A DNA stretch of 26,396 nucleotides from NCBI GenBank assembly GCA_965263355.1, contig CBDHHL010000050.1, forward strand, positions 1-26,396, given 5' to 3'. The translations under genes were made by a program, and so were the position numbers. Positions 9,942 through 18,967 of this stretch are shown piece by piece; the stretch's first letter is position 1; each line of letters starts with the position of its first letter. The stretch is from Leptolyngbyaceae cyanobacterium. Its GTDB lineage: Bacteria > Cyanobacteriota > Cyanobacteriia > Phormidesmidales > Phormidesmidaceae. Under the pieces are notes generated by a model. It was given only the letters and a program-made list of their open reading frames with translations. It made no database searches and was not told the origin of the DNA.

Positions 9942-10007
9942 TAAACTTTGTCCACATCCAGAATGGTCGCTTTTCTGGTGAATGATCTATAGCTTGGACG
10001 TGGTTTA
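9942..10007 (-). repeat. ~70-bp bulged-hairpin repeat, copy 1
   Basis: Reverse complement reads TAAACCACGTCCAAG...TTCTGGATGTGGACAAAGTTTA. Confidence 0.85.
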
Positions 10008-10140
10008 AGGTTAATTCGTATCGCACATACCAGACTTATTTATTAAGGATTCCTCAGAATCGCTGTGCCTTAACTATTGTCCGGATGGGGGATAAATGGG
10101 GTGATGGATAGGTAGGGGTTGATATACCTCTGATTGAGGG

Positions 10141-11403
10141 CTAATTAAAAATATTTCCGAAAAACTCGATAGTGTCTTTGAGGGCGCTGATGAAGCTGTC
10201 GATTTCAGCGTAGGTGTTATAAAAATACAGACTAGCCCGAGCAGTAGAGTCTGTGCCTAGAAATCGATGTAAAGGCTGTGTGCAGTGATGGCCTGATCGA
10301 ATGGCAATTCCTGCTTGATCTAAGAAGGTAGATAGGTCTTGGGCATGGAGGTTCTCAACGGTAAATGTTGCGATCGCAGCTCGCCCACTTCCATCGCTCT
10401 TAGGCTTAGGGCCATACAGCTTAAGCTGGGGAATATCTGCCAGTCGCTCGTACAAATATCGAGTCAGCTCATGTTCATATTGGGCAATGCGGTCCATGCC
10501 GATGCCCGTGAGATAGTCTACCGCCGCCCCCAGCATGATCACTTCAGCAATGGCGGGAGTGCCTGCTTCAAACTTATGGGGCAGTTCCGCATAGGTAGAA
10601 TGGTCTAGATAGACATCCTGAATCATTTCGCCACCGCCCAAAAACGGGGGCATGGCATTGAGGATACCGAGTTTGCCGTATAGGAACCCGGCTCCGGTGG
10701 GGCCACACATTTTGTGCCCTGAGGCGACCAACCAATCACAGTCCAATGTTTGCACATCTACCGGCATGTGAGGAATGCTTTGGCAGGCGTCGATCAGCAC
10801 CTTGGCGTCATGGGCATGGGCTAGCTTGACGATGTCTTTTACCGGATTGATACAACCGAGGGTATTGGAGACGTGATTGATGGCCACCAGGCGGGTGCGA
10901 TCGCAAAGCAATGCCTTAAAGTGCTCTAGATCAAATTCCTGAGTATCCGTCAGCCGCACATGCTTTAACACCGCCCCAGTCCGCTGGGCCACTAGCTGCC
11001 AGGGCACCAGGTTACTGTGGTGTTCCATCACCGACAAAATGATCTCATCCCCAGCCTTGAGGGTATTTAGCCCCCAAGAATAGGCCACCAGATTAATCGC
11101 TTCACTGGCATTGCGGGTAAAGACAATCTCATCACGACTGGCCGCCTTAATAAATGCCGCTACCCGATCTCGGGTAGCTTCATAGGCAGCCGTTGCCCGC
11201 GCACTGAGGGTATGAACCCCGCGATGAACATTGGCATTGTCCTGGTGGTAGTAATCCACTAGGGCATTTAGAACCCCCTGGGGCTTTTGCGAAGTTGCCG
11301 CATTATCAAAGTAAACGAGCGGCTTACCATTTACCGTTTGGGCCAAAATCGGAAAATCCGATCGGACTTCATCGGCGAGCGATTTAGCTATGGTTAGAGT
11401 CAT
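10141..11403 (-). CDS. sufS: Cysteine desulfurase SufS
   Basis: [19 protein letters not shown] (PLP Lys), RSGHHC. Confidence 0.98.
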   Translation of the reverse strand: MTLTIAKSLADEVRSDFPILAQTVNGKPLVYFDNAATSQKPQGVLNALVDYYHQDNANVHRGVHTLSARATAAYEATRDRVAAFIKAASRDEIVFTRNASEAINLVAYSWGLNTLKAGDEIILSVMEHHSNLVPWQLVAQRTGAVLKHVRLTDTQEFDLEHFKALLCDRTRLVAINHVSNTLGCINPVKDIVKLAHAHDAKVLIDACQSIPHMPVDVQTLDCDWLVASGHKMCGPTGAGFLYGKLGILNAMPPFLGGGEMIQDVYLDHSTYAELPHKFEAGTPAIAEVIMLGAAVDYLTGIGMDRIAQYEHELTRYLYERLADIPQLKLYGPKPKSDGSGRAAIATFTVENLHAQDLSTFLDQAGIAIRSGHHCTQPLHRFLGTDSTARASLYFYNTYAEIDSFISALKDTIEFFGNIFN

Positions 11404-11407
11404 TTGC

Positions 11408-12682
11408 CTATACTGTCCATTGCTGAATGTACTGAGTCATACGCTCTCGCAGGGGAGCCACAGGTATCGGCTCAATAATTTCCATAGCAAAGGCGTAAAT
11501 AAGCAGCCGCTGGGCCTGATCGCGATTGATACCCCGGCTTTGCAGATAAAATACCTCGTCCGGTGCCAGCTGACTGACGGTAGCTCCATGGGCGCACTTA
11601 ACATTGTCTGCCACAATATCCAGCTCGGGCTTAGTATCTACTCGTGCCTTGGGCGATAACAGCAGATTCCGGTTGAGCTGGGACGCATTGGTCAGCTGAG
11701 CCTGTTGGGGGACATATACCTGGCCATTAAATACCCCATGGGCCCGGTCATCGATAATATTTTTCTGGAGTTGATTAGCAGTGCCGTGGGGATGGCTGAG
11801 GGCGACTAGACTATGGGTATCGGCTATTTGTTTGTCACGAATCGCCGTCAGACATTGGAGCTCTGTTTCGGTTTGTGGGCCCGTCTGATAAATTTCCAGG
11901 TGATGGCGGGAAATATCTCCGCCCAGGTTAATGGCTGTATTGCGGTAACGACTATCCCGTGCCTGGGAAACCGCTGTCTTACCAATGTGCACGGCGGCTG
12001 AATCTTCTTGCTGTAAGCGCAGGTGAGTGACCTCAGCGTTGTCCTGTACCCACACTTCACTGACGCTATTGGTAAAGCTGGGACCAATGCCGTGAAACTC
12101 TTCCAGTAACGTCACGGCACTGCCTGATTCAGCAATTACCAGACAGCGAGGTTGGACAAGCAAGCTGTTCCCGATGGTTAGATAAACGATTTGAACCGGC
12201 TGTTCAACGACTACGTTTCTAGGGATATGAAGTATGGCAGCATCGACAAACCCAGAGGTGTTGAGGGCTGTGAATAGCTCATTGCCACCCTGTACCCGAG
12301 CAAAACCGTCAGGGGCTATATCCAACTGACTCAATATATTAAGGCCATTGTCCAGTTGGGAAAGACTCTCTACAAATGTGCCATTGACAAACACTAATCG
12401 ATTGGCATCGGTCAGGCTAACATCTGCAAGCAGGCTTTGGGCCTGTTGGATTTCTGCCTCAGTAATCACTGCTGGAGCCTGAAAAGGCTGTGTCAGCATA
12501 GGTGACAAGTCAGTAAATCGCCAGTTCTCATCACGATTAGATGGAAATGTTTGTTCTTGAACCAAGGCTCTCGCTGCGGCTCGTAAACTATCTAGCCCAA
12601 GGGGAGATTGTTCAGCAGTCGCAGTCGCTTGAGTTAAAAGCGATTCTAAGTAGCGATCGCGCACGGCAGCTACTTTATTCAT
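11408..12682 (-). CDS. sufD: Fe-S cluster assembly protein SufD
   Basis: [37 protein letters not shown] at 12682 overlaps the sufC stop (ATGA). Confidence 0.96.
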   Translation of the reverse strand: MNKVAAVRDRYLESLLTQATATAEQSPLGLDSLRAAARALVQEQTFPSNRDENWRFTDLSPMLTQPFQAPAVITEAEIQQAQSLLADVSLTDANRLVFVNGTFVESLSQLDNGLNILSQLDIAPDGFARVQGGNELFTALNTSGFVDAAILHIPRNVVVEQPVQIVYLTIGNSLLVQPRCLVIAESGSAVTLLEEFHGIGPSFTNSVSEVWVQDNAEVTHLRLQQEDSAAVHIGKTAVSQARDSRYRNTAINLGGDISRHHLEIYQTGPQTETELQCLTAIRDKQIADTHSLVALSHPHGTANQLQKNIIDDRAHGVFNGQVYVPQQAQLTNASQLNRNLLLSPKARVDTKPELDIVADNVKCAHGATVSQLAPDEVFYLQSRGINRDQAQRLLIYAFAMEIIEPIPVAPLRERMTQYIQQWTV

Positions 12683-13460
12683 GAAGCCACCGCCTGCTCT
12701 GCCAAGAGCCACTCGTAACCTTTAGCCTCAAGGGCTAGGGCCAGTTCTCTACTACCGGTTTTAATGATCTGCCCACCGCACATGACATGGACGTAGTCTG
12801 GCACGATATAGTTAAGCAACCGTTGGTAGTGAGTGATCACCAAGTTAGCACTGTTTGGGGTAGCCAGCTTGTTAACACCCTCTGCCACAGTCTTTAGGGC
12901 ATCAATGTCCAAACCAGAATCGGTTTCATCTAGGATGGATAATGTAGGTTCCAGGAGAGCCATCTGCAGAATCTCATTCCGCTTTTTTCGCCCCCTGAAA
13001 ACCCTTCATTGACGCTACGGTCAAGAAAGCTTACATCCATTTTGACAATCTCAGTTTTCTCTTCAATCAGGTCATCAAAATCGAAGACATCAATCTCATC
13101 TTCCCCACGGGCCTTCCGATGAGAATTATAGGCCACCCGCAAAAACTCACGATTGCTCACCCCAGGGATCTCAAGGGGATATTGAAACGCAAGAAAGATG
13201 CCAGCGGTAGCCCGATCATGGGGCTCTAACTCAGATAAGTCGTGACCGTTAAATTCAATGGTACCTGAGGTGACTGTATAGTCCGGATGACCGGCAAGCA
13301 CCTTAGACAAGGTACTCTTACCAGAGCCATTCAGACCCATAATGGCGTGAATTTCACCCGCTTTAACCTCCAGGCTAAGGCCCTTGAGGATTTCGGTGCC
13401 GTCCACACTGGCCCGTAGGTCTTTAACAGAGAGAATGTTTTTTGCGTTCGAGTTAATCAT
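12679..13460 (-). CDS. sufC: Fe-S cluster assembly ATPase SufC, split by a one-base deficit in an A run at 12983-12988
   Basis: Walker [10 protein letters not shown] in ORF 12930-13460 and [14 protein letters not shown] in ORF 12679-12963. Adding one A restores [14 protein letters not shown]. Confidence 0.95.
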
Positions 13461-13490
13461 GGAAAGTGTGCCTTAGGGTGGAGCTAGAGT

Positions 13491-14927
13491 TTAGCCAACA
13501 GAATTTTCTAGCTTGAGGGCCAAGAGTTTATCGGCTTCAGCCGCAAACTCCATAGGCAGTTTATTAAACACATCGCGACAAAAGCCGCTGATGATCATAG
13601 AGACTGCATCTTCAGGAGAAATCCCACGCTGAGCAAAGTAAAATAGCTGATCTTCTCCAATTTTGGAGGTAGAGGCTTCATGCTCTACCTGCCCTGTATT
13701 GTTTTGCACCTGAATATAGGGATAGGTATTAGCGTTGGACGTGTCGCCAATCAACATGGAGTCACACTGGGAATAGTTGCGGGCATACTCAGCTTTGGGG
13801 CCAACTTTAACCAGACCACGATAGCTATTTTTGGAATTACCGGCTGAAATTCCTTTAGAAATGATGGTGCTTCGAGTATTTTTGCCTATATGCACCATTT
13901 TAGTGCCAGTATCGGCCTGTTGCATATTGTTGGTAAGGGCAACGGAGTAAAACTCCCCGACAGAGTTGTCACCCACCAGCACACAGCTAGGATACTTCCA
14001 CGTTATGGCCGACCCCGTTTCCACTTGGGTCCAGGAGATTTTAGAATTTTTGCCTGAGCACAGACCACGCTTGGTAACAAAGTTATAGATGCCACCTTTG
14101 CCGTTTTTGTCACCCGCAAACCAATTTTGCACAGTGGAATAATTAATTTTGGCATCGTCTAAAGCGACCAGCTCAACCACAGCCGCATGGAGCTGATTAC
14201 TGTCGTACATGGGAGCTGTACAGCCTTCCAGATAAGTGACAGAGCTACCTTTATCGGCAATCACCAATGTGCGCTCAAACTGACCCGAGTCGCCGTTATT
14301 AATCCGAAAGTAGGTGGACAAGTCCATCGGACATTGGGTGTTTTCTGGAATGTAGACAAAAGAACCATCACTGAACACAGCTGAATTAAGCGCTGTAAAG
14401 TAATTGTCAGCCGATGGAACAACGCTGCCCAAGTACTTTTTGATTAGCTCTGGATGGTCTTGAACAGCCTCTGAAATGGAACAAAAGATAATACCGTGTT
14501 CTGCCAACTCTTCTTTAAAGGTAGTGGCAATGGAAACGCTATCAAAGACAGCGTCAACTGCTACGTTAGTTAAACGCTTTTGCTCAGATAGAGGTAACCC
14601 CAGCTTCTCAAAAGTTGCCAAAATCTCAGGGTCTACCTCATCCAGACTCTTTAGCTTTTCACTTTGCTTGGGAGCTGAATAATAGATGATGTCTTGATAG
14701 TCAATGGGCTCATAGTTGACATTGGGCCATGTGGGTTCAGTCATCTTGAGCCACTGTCGATAGGCCTTTAGACGAAACTCCAGCATAAAGCCAGGCTCAT
14801 TCTTTTTCTCCGAAATTAGACGAATGATATCCTCACTCAACCCACGGGGGATGACATCGGATTCTACGTCAGTCACAAATCCGTACTTGTAAGGCTGACT
14901 AACAACGGATTGAACGCTAGTACTCAT
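13491..14927 (-). CDS. sufB: Fe-S cluster assembly protein SufB
   Basis: [53 protein letters not shown]. Confidence 0.99.
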   Translation of the reverse strand: MSTSVQSVVSQPYKYGFVTDVESDVIPRGLSEDIIRLISEKKNEPGFMLEFRLKAYRQWLKMTEPTWPNVNYEPIDYQDIIYYSAPKQSEKLKSLDEVDPEILATFEKLGLPLSEQKRLTNVAVDAVFDSVSIATTFKEELAEHGIIFCSISEAVQDHPELIKKYLGSVVPSADNYFTALNSAVFSDGSFVYIPENTQCPMDLSTYFRINNGDSGQFERTLVIADKGSSVTYLEGCTAPMYDSNQLHAAVVELVALDDAKINYSTVQNWFAGDKNGKGGIYNFVTKRGLCSGKNSKISWTQVETGSAITWKYPSCVLVGDNSVGEFYSVALTNNMQQADTGTKMVHIGKNTRSTIISKGISAGNSKNSYRGLVKVGPKAEYARNYSQCDSMLIGDTSNANTYPYIQVQNNTGQVEHEASTSKIGEDQLFYFAQRGISPEDAVSMIISGFCRDVFNKLPMEFAAEADKLLALKLENSVG

Positions 14928-15026
14928 GGTTTAACCAAGCAGGTTGGGAGGATGGTGGGAGGATATGAAAATTTTGGAGAAGCCAGATGCCAGGATGGGC
15001 TACGACAGCAAGAGACTGCGTCTGAC

Positions 15027-15098
15027 TAAACCACGTCCAAATTGAAACTAAAGTTTCCTGTACGGTAAAGCTGCAGTTCTGGACGTGGCCAAGGTTTA
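15027..15098 (+). repeat. ~70-bp bulged-hairpin repeat, copy 2, overlapping the ftrC stop codon
   Basis: TAAACCACGTCCAAA...TTCTGGACGTGGCCAAGGTTTA. Confidence 0.88.
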
Positions 15099-15455
15099 AT
15101 ACTTGTTTGTTTCCGTTCGAATTCGTTCGAAGGTAATTTCCTGATCTTTGCCAGCAAAGGCGTTGTCTTCTGTCAAAAAGAGCATGCAGTGGCATTCTTT
15201 ACGTTCCTGCATGGGGACACAGGGACAATTCCAATAGGTGCTCTTAACCTCGGCTTCCTTATCTTCATAGTGGCGACAGGGGCATAGGGGTGCGCCAAGA
15301 TCGTCCTTGTGCTTTGCCAGGCCCTCAAGCACTACCGAAGTCACACCGAGGTCAGCACAAAAATAAGTGCCGGTGCGTTTGGCATAGCTTTGAGCAAAAT
15401 TCCGCATCAGCTCAAGGTTTTTGTCTGTGGCCTGGGTGGGCTTACTTATGCTCAT
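15096..15455 (-). CDS. ftrC: Ferredoxin-thioredoxin reductase catalytic (beta) subunit
   Basis: CPC, CPC and CHC motifs (LCPCRHY, WNCPCVPM, ECHCMLF). ATG at 15455 preferred over the longer start. Confidence 0.96.
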   Translation of the reverse strand: MSISKPTQATDKNLELMRNFAQSYAKRTGTYFCADLGVTSVVLEGLAKHKDDLGAPLCPCRHYEDKEAEVKSTYWNCPCVPMQERKECHCMLFLTEDNAFAGKDQEITFERIRTETNKY

Positions 15456-15495
15456 GGGTGAATGGGGATGCTGAGACAACCAGATGATTCTATAA

Positions 15496-15519
15496 TTAAA
15501 CAACACACAGGTTGCTTAA
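15496..15519. promoter_or_regulatory. SufR operator 1 (CAAC-N6-GTTG)
   Basis: TTAAACAAC-ACACAG-GTTGCTTAA, next to a candidate -10 box TAGAAT (minus strand, 15487-15492). Confidence 0.85.
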
Positions 15520-15550
15520 CTCTTTTTTTAAGAGTATATCGATCTAGCGG

Positions 15551-15578
15551 ACTTTAGCAACATGTATGTTGCTAAAGT
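15551..15578. promoter_or_regulatory. SufR operator 2 (CAAC-N6-GTTG within a perfect 12-bp inverted repeat)
   Basis: ACTTTAGCAACA-TGTA-TGTTGCTAAAGT. Confidence 0.88.
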
Positions 15579-15708
15579 AGGGGTAGTTAGTTTTTCCTTA
15601 ATCACGACCACGTTAAAATCTGCAGATTTTTCTACAGAAACCTTTTGGTTCTGGGCGTGAATACGGTTTATTGCAGTCTGTAATAGTGCGATCGCAATTT
15701 CAGAGCCG

Positions 15709-16344
15709 ATGACCTCAGTGCAGCAGCCATCCACCAAGGACGATATTCTTCAGTTTTTACTAAAATCTGGTCAGGCTACTGCCCAGACCTTGGCTGAGAA
15801 TTTGCATGTCAGCCCTCAAGCGATTCGTCGTCATCTCAAGGATTTGCAAGCTGAGGATCTAGTAGAGCACCAGGTCATGCAATCAGGCATGGGCCGCCCT
15901 AACAATATTTATCAGCTCAGTTCCAAAGGCCGTGCTCAGTTTCCATCTCAGTACGATCAATTTGCCGTATCGTTGCTAGACACCCTTACAGAGACCGTTG
16001 GAGCCGAGCAGGTAGGCGCTATTTTACGGCAGCAATGGCAGCGTAAAGCCCAGCATTACCATGAAACCTTAGGTGACGGTTCTTTGTTTGAGCGCGTGCA
16101 GCAACTGGTAGAGTTACGTCAGGCGGAAGGTTACATGACCGAGCTTCACAGCGCTGACGATGATGATACATATATTATCACTGAGTACAACTGTGCCATT
16201 TCCCAGGTGGCAGAATCTTACCCAGTTGTTTGTGGCCATGAGCTAGCTATGTTTGCAGTTGCCCTGCCCGATTGTCAGGTTGAGCGCACCCATTGGCTGG
16301 TACGTGGTGAAAGCCTTTGTGGTTACAAGATTCGCAAAAAATGA
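15709..16344 (+). CDS. sufR: Fe-S cluster biosynthesis transcriptional regulator SufR
   Basis: N-terminal HTH (SPQAIRRHLKDL, MGRP), C-terminal EYNCAI..VCGHEL..CGY, divergent from ftrC-sufB. Confidence 0.96.
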   Translation: MTSVQQPSTKDDILQFLLKSGQATAQTLAENLHVSPQAIRRHLKDLQAEDLVEHQVMQSGMGRPNNIYQLSSKGRAQFPSQYDQFAVSLLDTLTETVGAEQVGAILRQQWQRKAQHYHETLGDGSLFERVQQLVELRQAEGYMTELHSADDDDTYIITEYNCAISQVAESYPVVCGHELAMFAVALPDCQVERTHWLVRGESLCGYKIRKK

Positions 16345-16347
16345 TTT

Positions 16348-16391
16348 TATCCCGTGTAGGGGCGTTGCATGCAACGCCCCTACACGGGATA
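16348..16391. repeat. Perfect 44-bp palindrome with GTAG REP-like core
   Basis: TATCCCGTGTAGGGGCGTTGCA|TGCAACGCCCCTACACGGGATA. Confidence 0.92.
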
Positions 16392-16421
16392 TGTAATGGT
16401 AGTCAAATGCATTAAATTACT

Positions 16422-16703
16422 ATGTTTGATCAAACTCTCCAGTTTTTGACACCAGAAGAATCTGCTGAAGTTGATAAAGCGTTACTGACGACGCCAGAAA
16501 AATTTTTAACCCGCTTAACCCTGTCGACGGCAAAGCTACTGGCATTTATCGCTAAGGATTTAGGGACTTCCGTAGATGAATTGACCACGGCACAGATCAT
16601 TGCCTGGTTTGAAGCGGATTCTAAACGCAAACAGGAGCAAGGCATCAATGCCTCTGTTCTAAAGTGGGATGCCAGAAACCTAGAGGACTTAACCTCAAGT
16701 TAG
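16422..16703 (+). CDS. Small hypothetical protein (93 aa)
   Basis: ATG ORF with natural helical composition, co-oriented with sufR. Confidence 0.8.
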   Translation: MFDQTLQFLTPEESAEVDKALLTTPEKFLTRLTLSTAKLLAFIAKDLGTSVDELTTAQIIAWFEADSKRKQEQGINASVLKWDARNLEDLTSS

Positions 16704-16729
16704 GATGGTGTTAAGCTAAAAAACTTGGG

Positions 16730-16840
16730 TAATATCAAAATCCGAATTATTAAACCCGATTCAAAATGGACAATTCTCTAGGGGTATTCCCTTGTGGATG
16801 CCCTGCGATACCGGACGCTATCAGTCAAGATTTCGTATAA
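16730..16840. mobile_element. ~110-bp MITE-like element, copy 2
   Basis: Aligns end to end with 2521-2631. Confidence 0.75.
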
Positions 16841-16986
16841 AACGATAGGTGGTGAGTCCTGAATAACGAAGAAACAAATCTTTTTATGGGAACTGTCCTT
16901 ACATAAGGACAGTCTTTATTGTAAGACAGATAACATGAATTTTAAGTTGTCTGTCTTATTTTAAGGATTATGGAGTTTGAGTAAAT

Positions 16987-17370
16987 ATGATGCTATTTGG
17001 TCGAAGTCAGCGGTCTGCCGATCACCTTTATCTGGAGGCTCGTACGCTTTTGAGTAAAGTTGTTAGCCTGGGCATTTATGATAGCGAAGATATGCTGGGT
17101 TCAGTGGCAAAACTTTTGCAAAAGGCCAGACAGCAGAACCCTCGTCATGTTCCCTCGCTGGTATTGTTGAGCGATGTTTTTATGGCCATGGGTGCTGATA
17201 AAAAAGCGCTGGATATTGTTGAATCACTGATTGCTTTGGAGCCCCACAATCAGACTCACGTTAGAAAAAAAATTCTTCTGATGCAGCTTCAGGCACAGCA
17301 CAACGATGAAAATCGTGAAGCAGTCCGTGCATTTGTGGAAGCGCGATGGACCCAAACGAGTGATTGGTAA
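16987..17370 (+). CDS. TPR-like hypothetical protein
   Basis: GGAG upstream; TPR-like helix pairs (LQKARQQNPRH..LSDVFMAMG..ALDIVESLIALEP). Confidence 0.75.
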   Translation: MMLFGRSQRSADHLYLEARTLLSKVVSLGIYDSEDMLGSVAKLLQKARQQNPRHVPSLVLLSDVFMAMGADKKALDIVESLIALEPHNQTHVRKKILLMQLQAQHNDENREAVRAFVEARWTQTSDW

Positions 17371-17399
17371 TCATCATTGCTGCTGCTATGGGGGCCTTG

Positions 17400-18491
17400 C
17401 TATTCGTGGATGTTGCCGTTGGGCATAATTGTTCCCGTTAGTCTGGCAGCTGTTAGTTTAACCATAATCTTATCGCCATAGCCGATGATGGCCCCACTGA
17501 GGTCTGCGCCACTAAGATCTGCCCCACTGAGGTCTGCGCCAATTAGATTGGCTTCCCTGAGATTGGCGTGGCTGAGGTTAGCCTGGAGCAAGTTTGCTCG
17601 GAAAAGTTTTGCCTTGTGTAAATTTGCCTGGTTGAGGTTGATCTTGTGCAAGAACGCATCGCTTAGGTCTGCCTCCTCCAGATTCGCTTTGCTTAAATTT
17701 CTACCTGAGAAGTCCTTTTCCTTTAGATTGGCACCCTTGAAATCAGCGCCTTCTAAATCGGTATCTGGTTTTCTGCGGGCAGGTGAACTCTGCGGCGGTG
17801 AATAGGAGGCAGTAGGCTGAGGTGCTTGGTAGATATAGTCTGCGTAATCGTTGGCACGGCGGTAGACGGGACTATAGGATGCATGTCCGTTGACTGAGTT
17901 ATTTTTAGGCGCAGACCCACTCGTTTTTCCAGTGGGACCATGCCCATTGGATGAGCCAGTATTGGCAGCTGCTGGTTTAGGCGGTGTAGACCCATTATTT
18001 ACGGCGGAACCGTTCGTGCTAGAACCAGCTCGGTAACTGCTGTTTGCTGATCTATAGTCACTTGTAGCTCGGTTGCTAGTTTGGGCAGATGGTCCGCCGT
18101 TTCTTGTCCCATTACTAGCTGAACCATTGCTACCGTAACCAGCAGCTGTGGCACCGTTGGTCGAACCGTTGGTTGTGGAACTATAGGGATTAGTGTATCG
18201 ATTTCGACTGTAGGAACGATAGCGGTGGCTACCGTAGCGTTCAGGGTTGTACTTATTTTTTGATTTGGGAACGGCTGGTTTACCGTTACGCAAATGCTGC
18301 TTTAGACAACTGCGGGCTTCATTAAGGCGTTTCAGTTTGTCTTGAGCCTTATCGCGTAGCCGTGTGTTATCGGCTGGAATCCGATCAGGATGCCAGATAA
18401 ATACAAGGTCTTTATAAGCCTGGTTTACGTCTGAGAGTGAAGCACCGGGCTCTAACTCCAGTACGGTATAAGCTTTCGCGATATCGTCCAT
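17400..18491 (-). CDS. DnaJ-domain protein with low-complexity linker and pentapeptide repeats
   Basis: J-domain AYTVLEL..WHPDR..LNEA and C-terminal A(D/N)Lxx repeats. ATG at 18491 preferred. Confidence 0.92.
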   Translation of the reverse strand: MDDIAKAYTVLELEPGASLSDVNQAYKDLVFIWHPDRIPADNTRLRDKAQDKLKRLNEARSCLKQHLRNGKPAVPKSKNKYNPERYGSHRYRSYSRNRYTNPYSSTTNGSTNGATAAGYGSNGSASNGTRNGGPSAQTSNRATSDYRSANSSYRAGSSTNGSAVNNGSTPPKPAAANTGSSNGHGPTGKTSGSAPKNNSVNGHASYSPVYRRANDYADYIYQAPQPTASYSPPQSSPARRKPDTDLEGADFKGANLKEKDFSGRNLSKANLEEADLSDAFLHKINLNQANLHKAKLFRANLLQANLSHANLREANLIGADLSGADLSGADLSGAIIGYGDKIMVKLTAARLTGTIMPNGNIHE

Positions 18492-18597
18492 AGGTAGAGT
18501 TATAACAGCGGTGACGGAAGGACTAGTAGAGCCAAACAAAATTTAGGCTTGGTCAAAATATGCTGCCGTACAATCGCCAGTCTAAATATGCTGAAAC

Positions 18598-18670
18598 TAA
18601 ACCACGCCCAAGTTGAAACCTGTAGGCTCTTCTACGGAAAACCGACAGTTCTGAATATGGACAAGGTTTA
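18598..18670 (+). repeat. ~70-bp bulged-hairpin repeat, copy 3
   Basis: TAAACCACGCCCAAG...TTCTGAATATGGACAAGGTTTA. Confidence 0.85.
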
Positions 18671-18779
18671 AATATGCTGGAAAATGATAGGCCTAGCAAG
18701 CGGTTCACTAATAAATGAGCGTTTTTTAATGGGGATATCTTAATGTCAAAACCTTATCTAAAAACTGAATCCATAACTT

Positions 18780-18853
18780 TAAACCTTTCTTACGTCCAGA
18801 CCATAAGCCTTGCCGCAGACGCAACTTTAAGCTTAAACCTTGGACGTGGGTTA
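18780..18853 (-). repeat. ~70-bp bulged-hairpin repeat, copy 4
   Basis: Reverse complement reads TAACCCACGTCCAAG...TCTGGACGTAAGAAAGGTTTA. Confidence 0.8.
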
Positions 18854-18967
18854 GAAGTTTAATGTACGCCGATTATGCCGGGTGTTTCTATGGTTGACAC
18901 TAGAACCTCCAATTCCTTTAAGGCTCTATTTCAATTTCTTACTAAAAAAGACCATTTAGTAACAAAA

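Noticed and set aside
10082..10140. G-rich tract downstream of sufS as a G-quadruplex
   Set aside because: Irregular G-runs and no supporting context.
12679..13460. sufC as a true pseudogene or two genes
   Set aside because: Only one lesion, in a homopolymer, with motifs intact and coupling to sufD preserved.
17485..17805. ORF with repeated APLRS units
   Set aside because: Antisense reading of the pentapeptide-repeat codons.
9942..18853. The ~70-bp elements as integron attC sites or CRISPR repeats
   Set aside because: Ends fit RYYYAAC/GTTRRRY poorly, orientations are mixed, copies are not arrayed, neighbours are core genes, and no integrase or cas gene is present.
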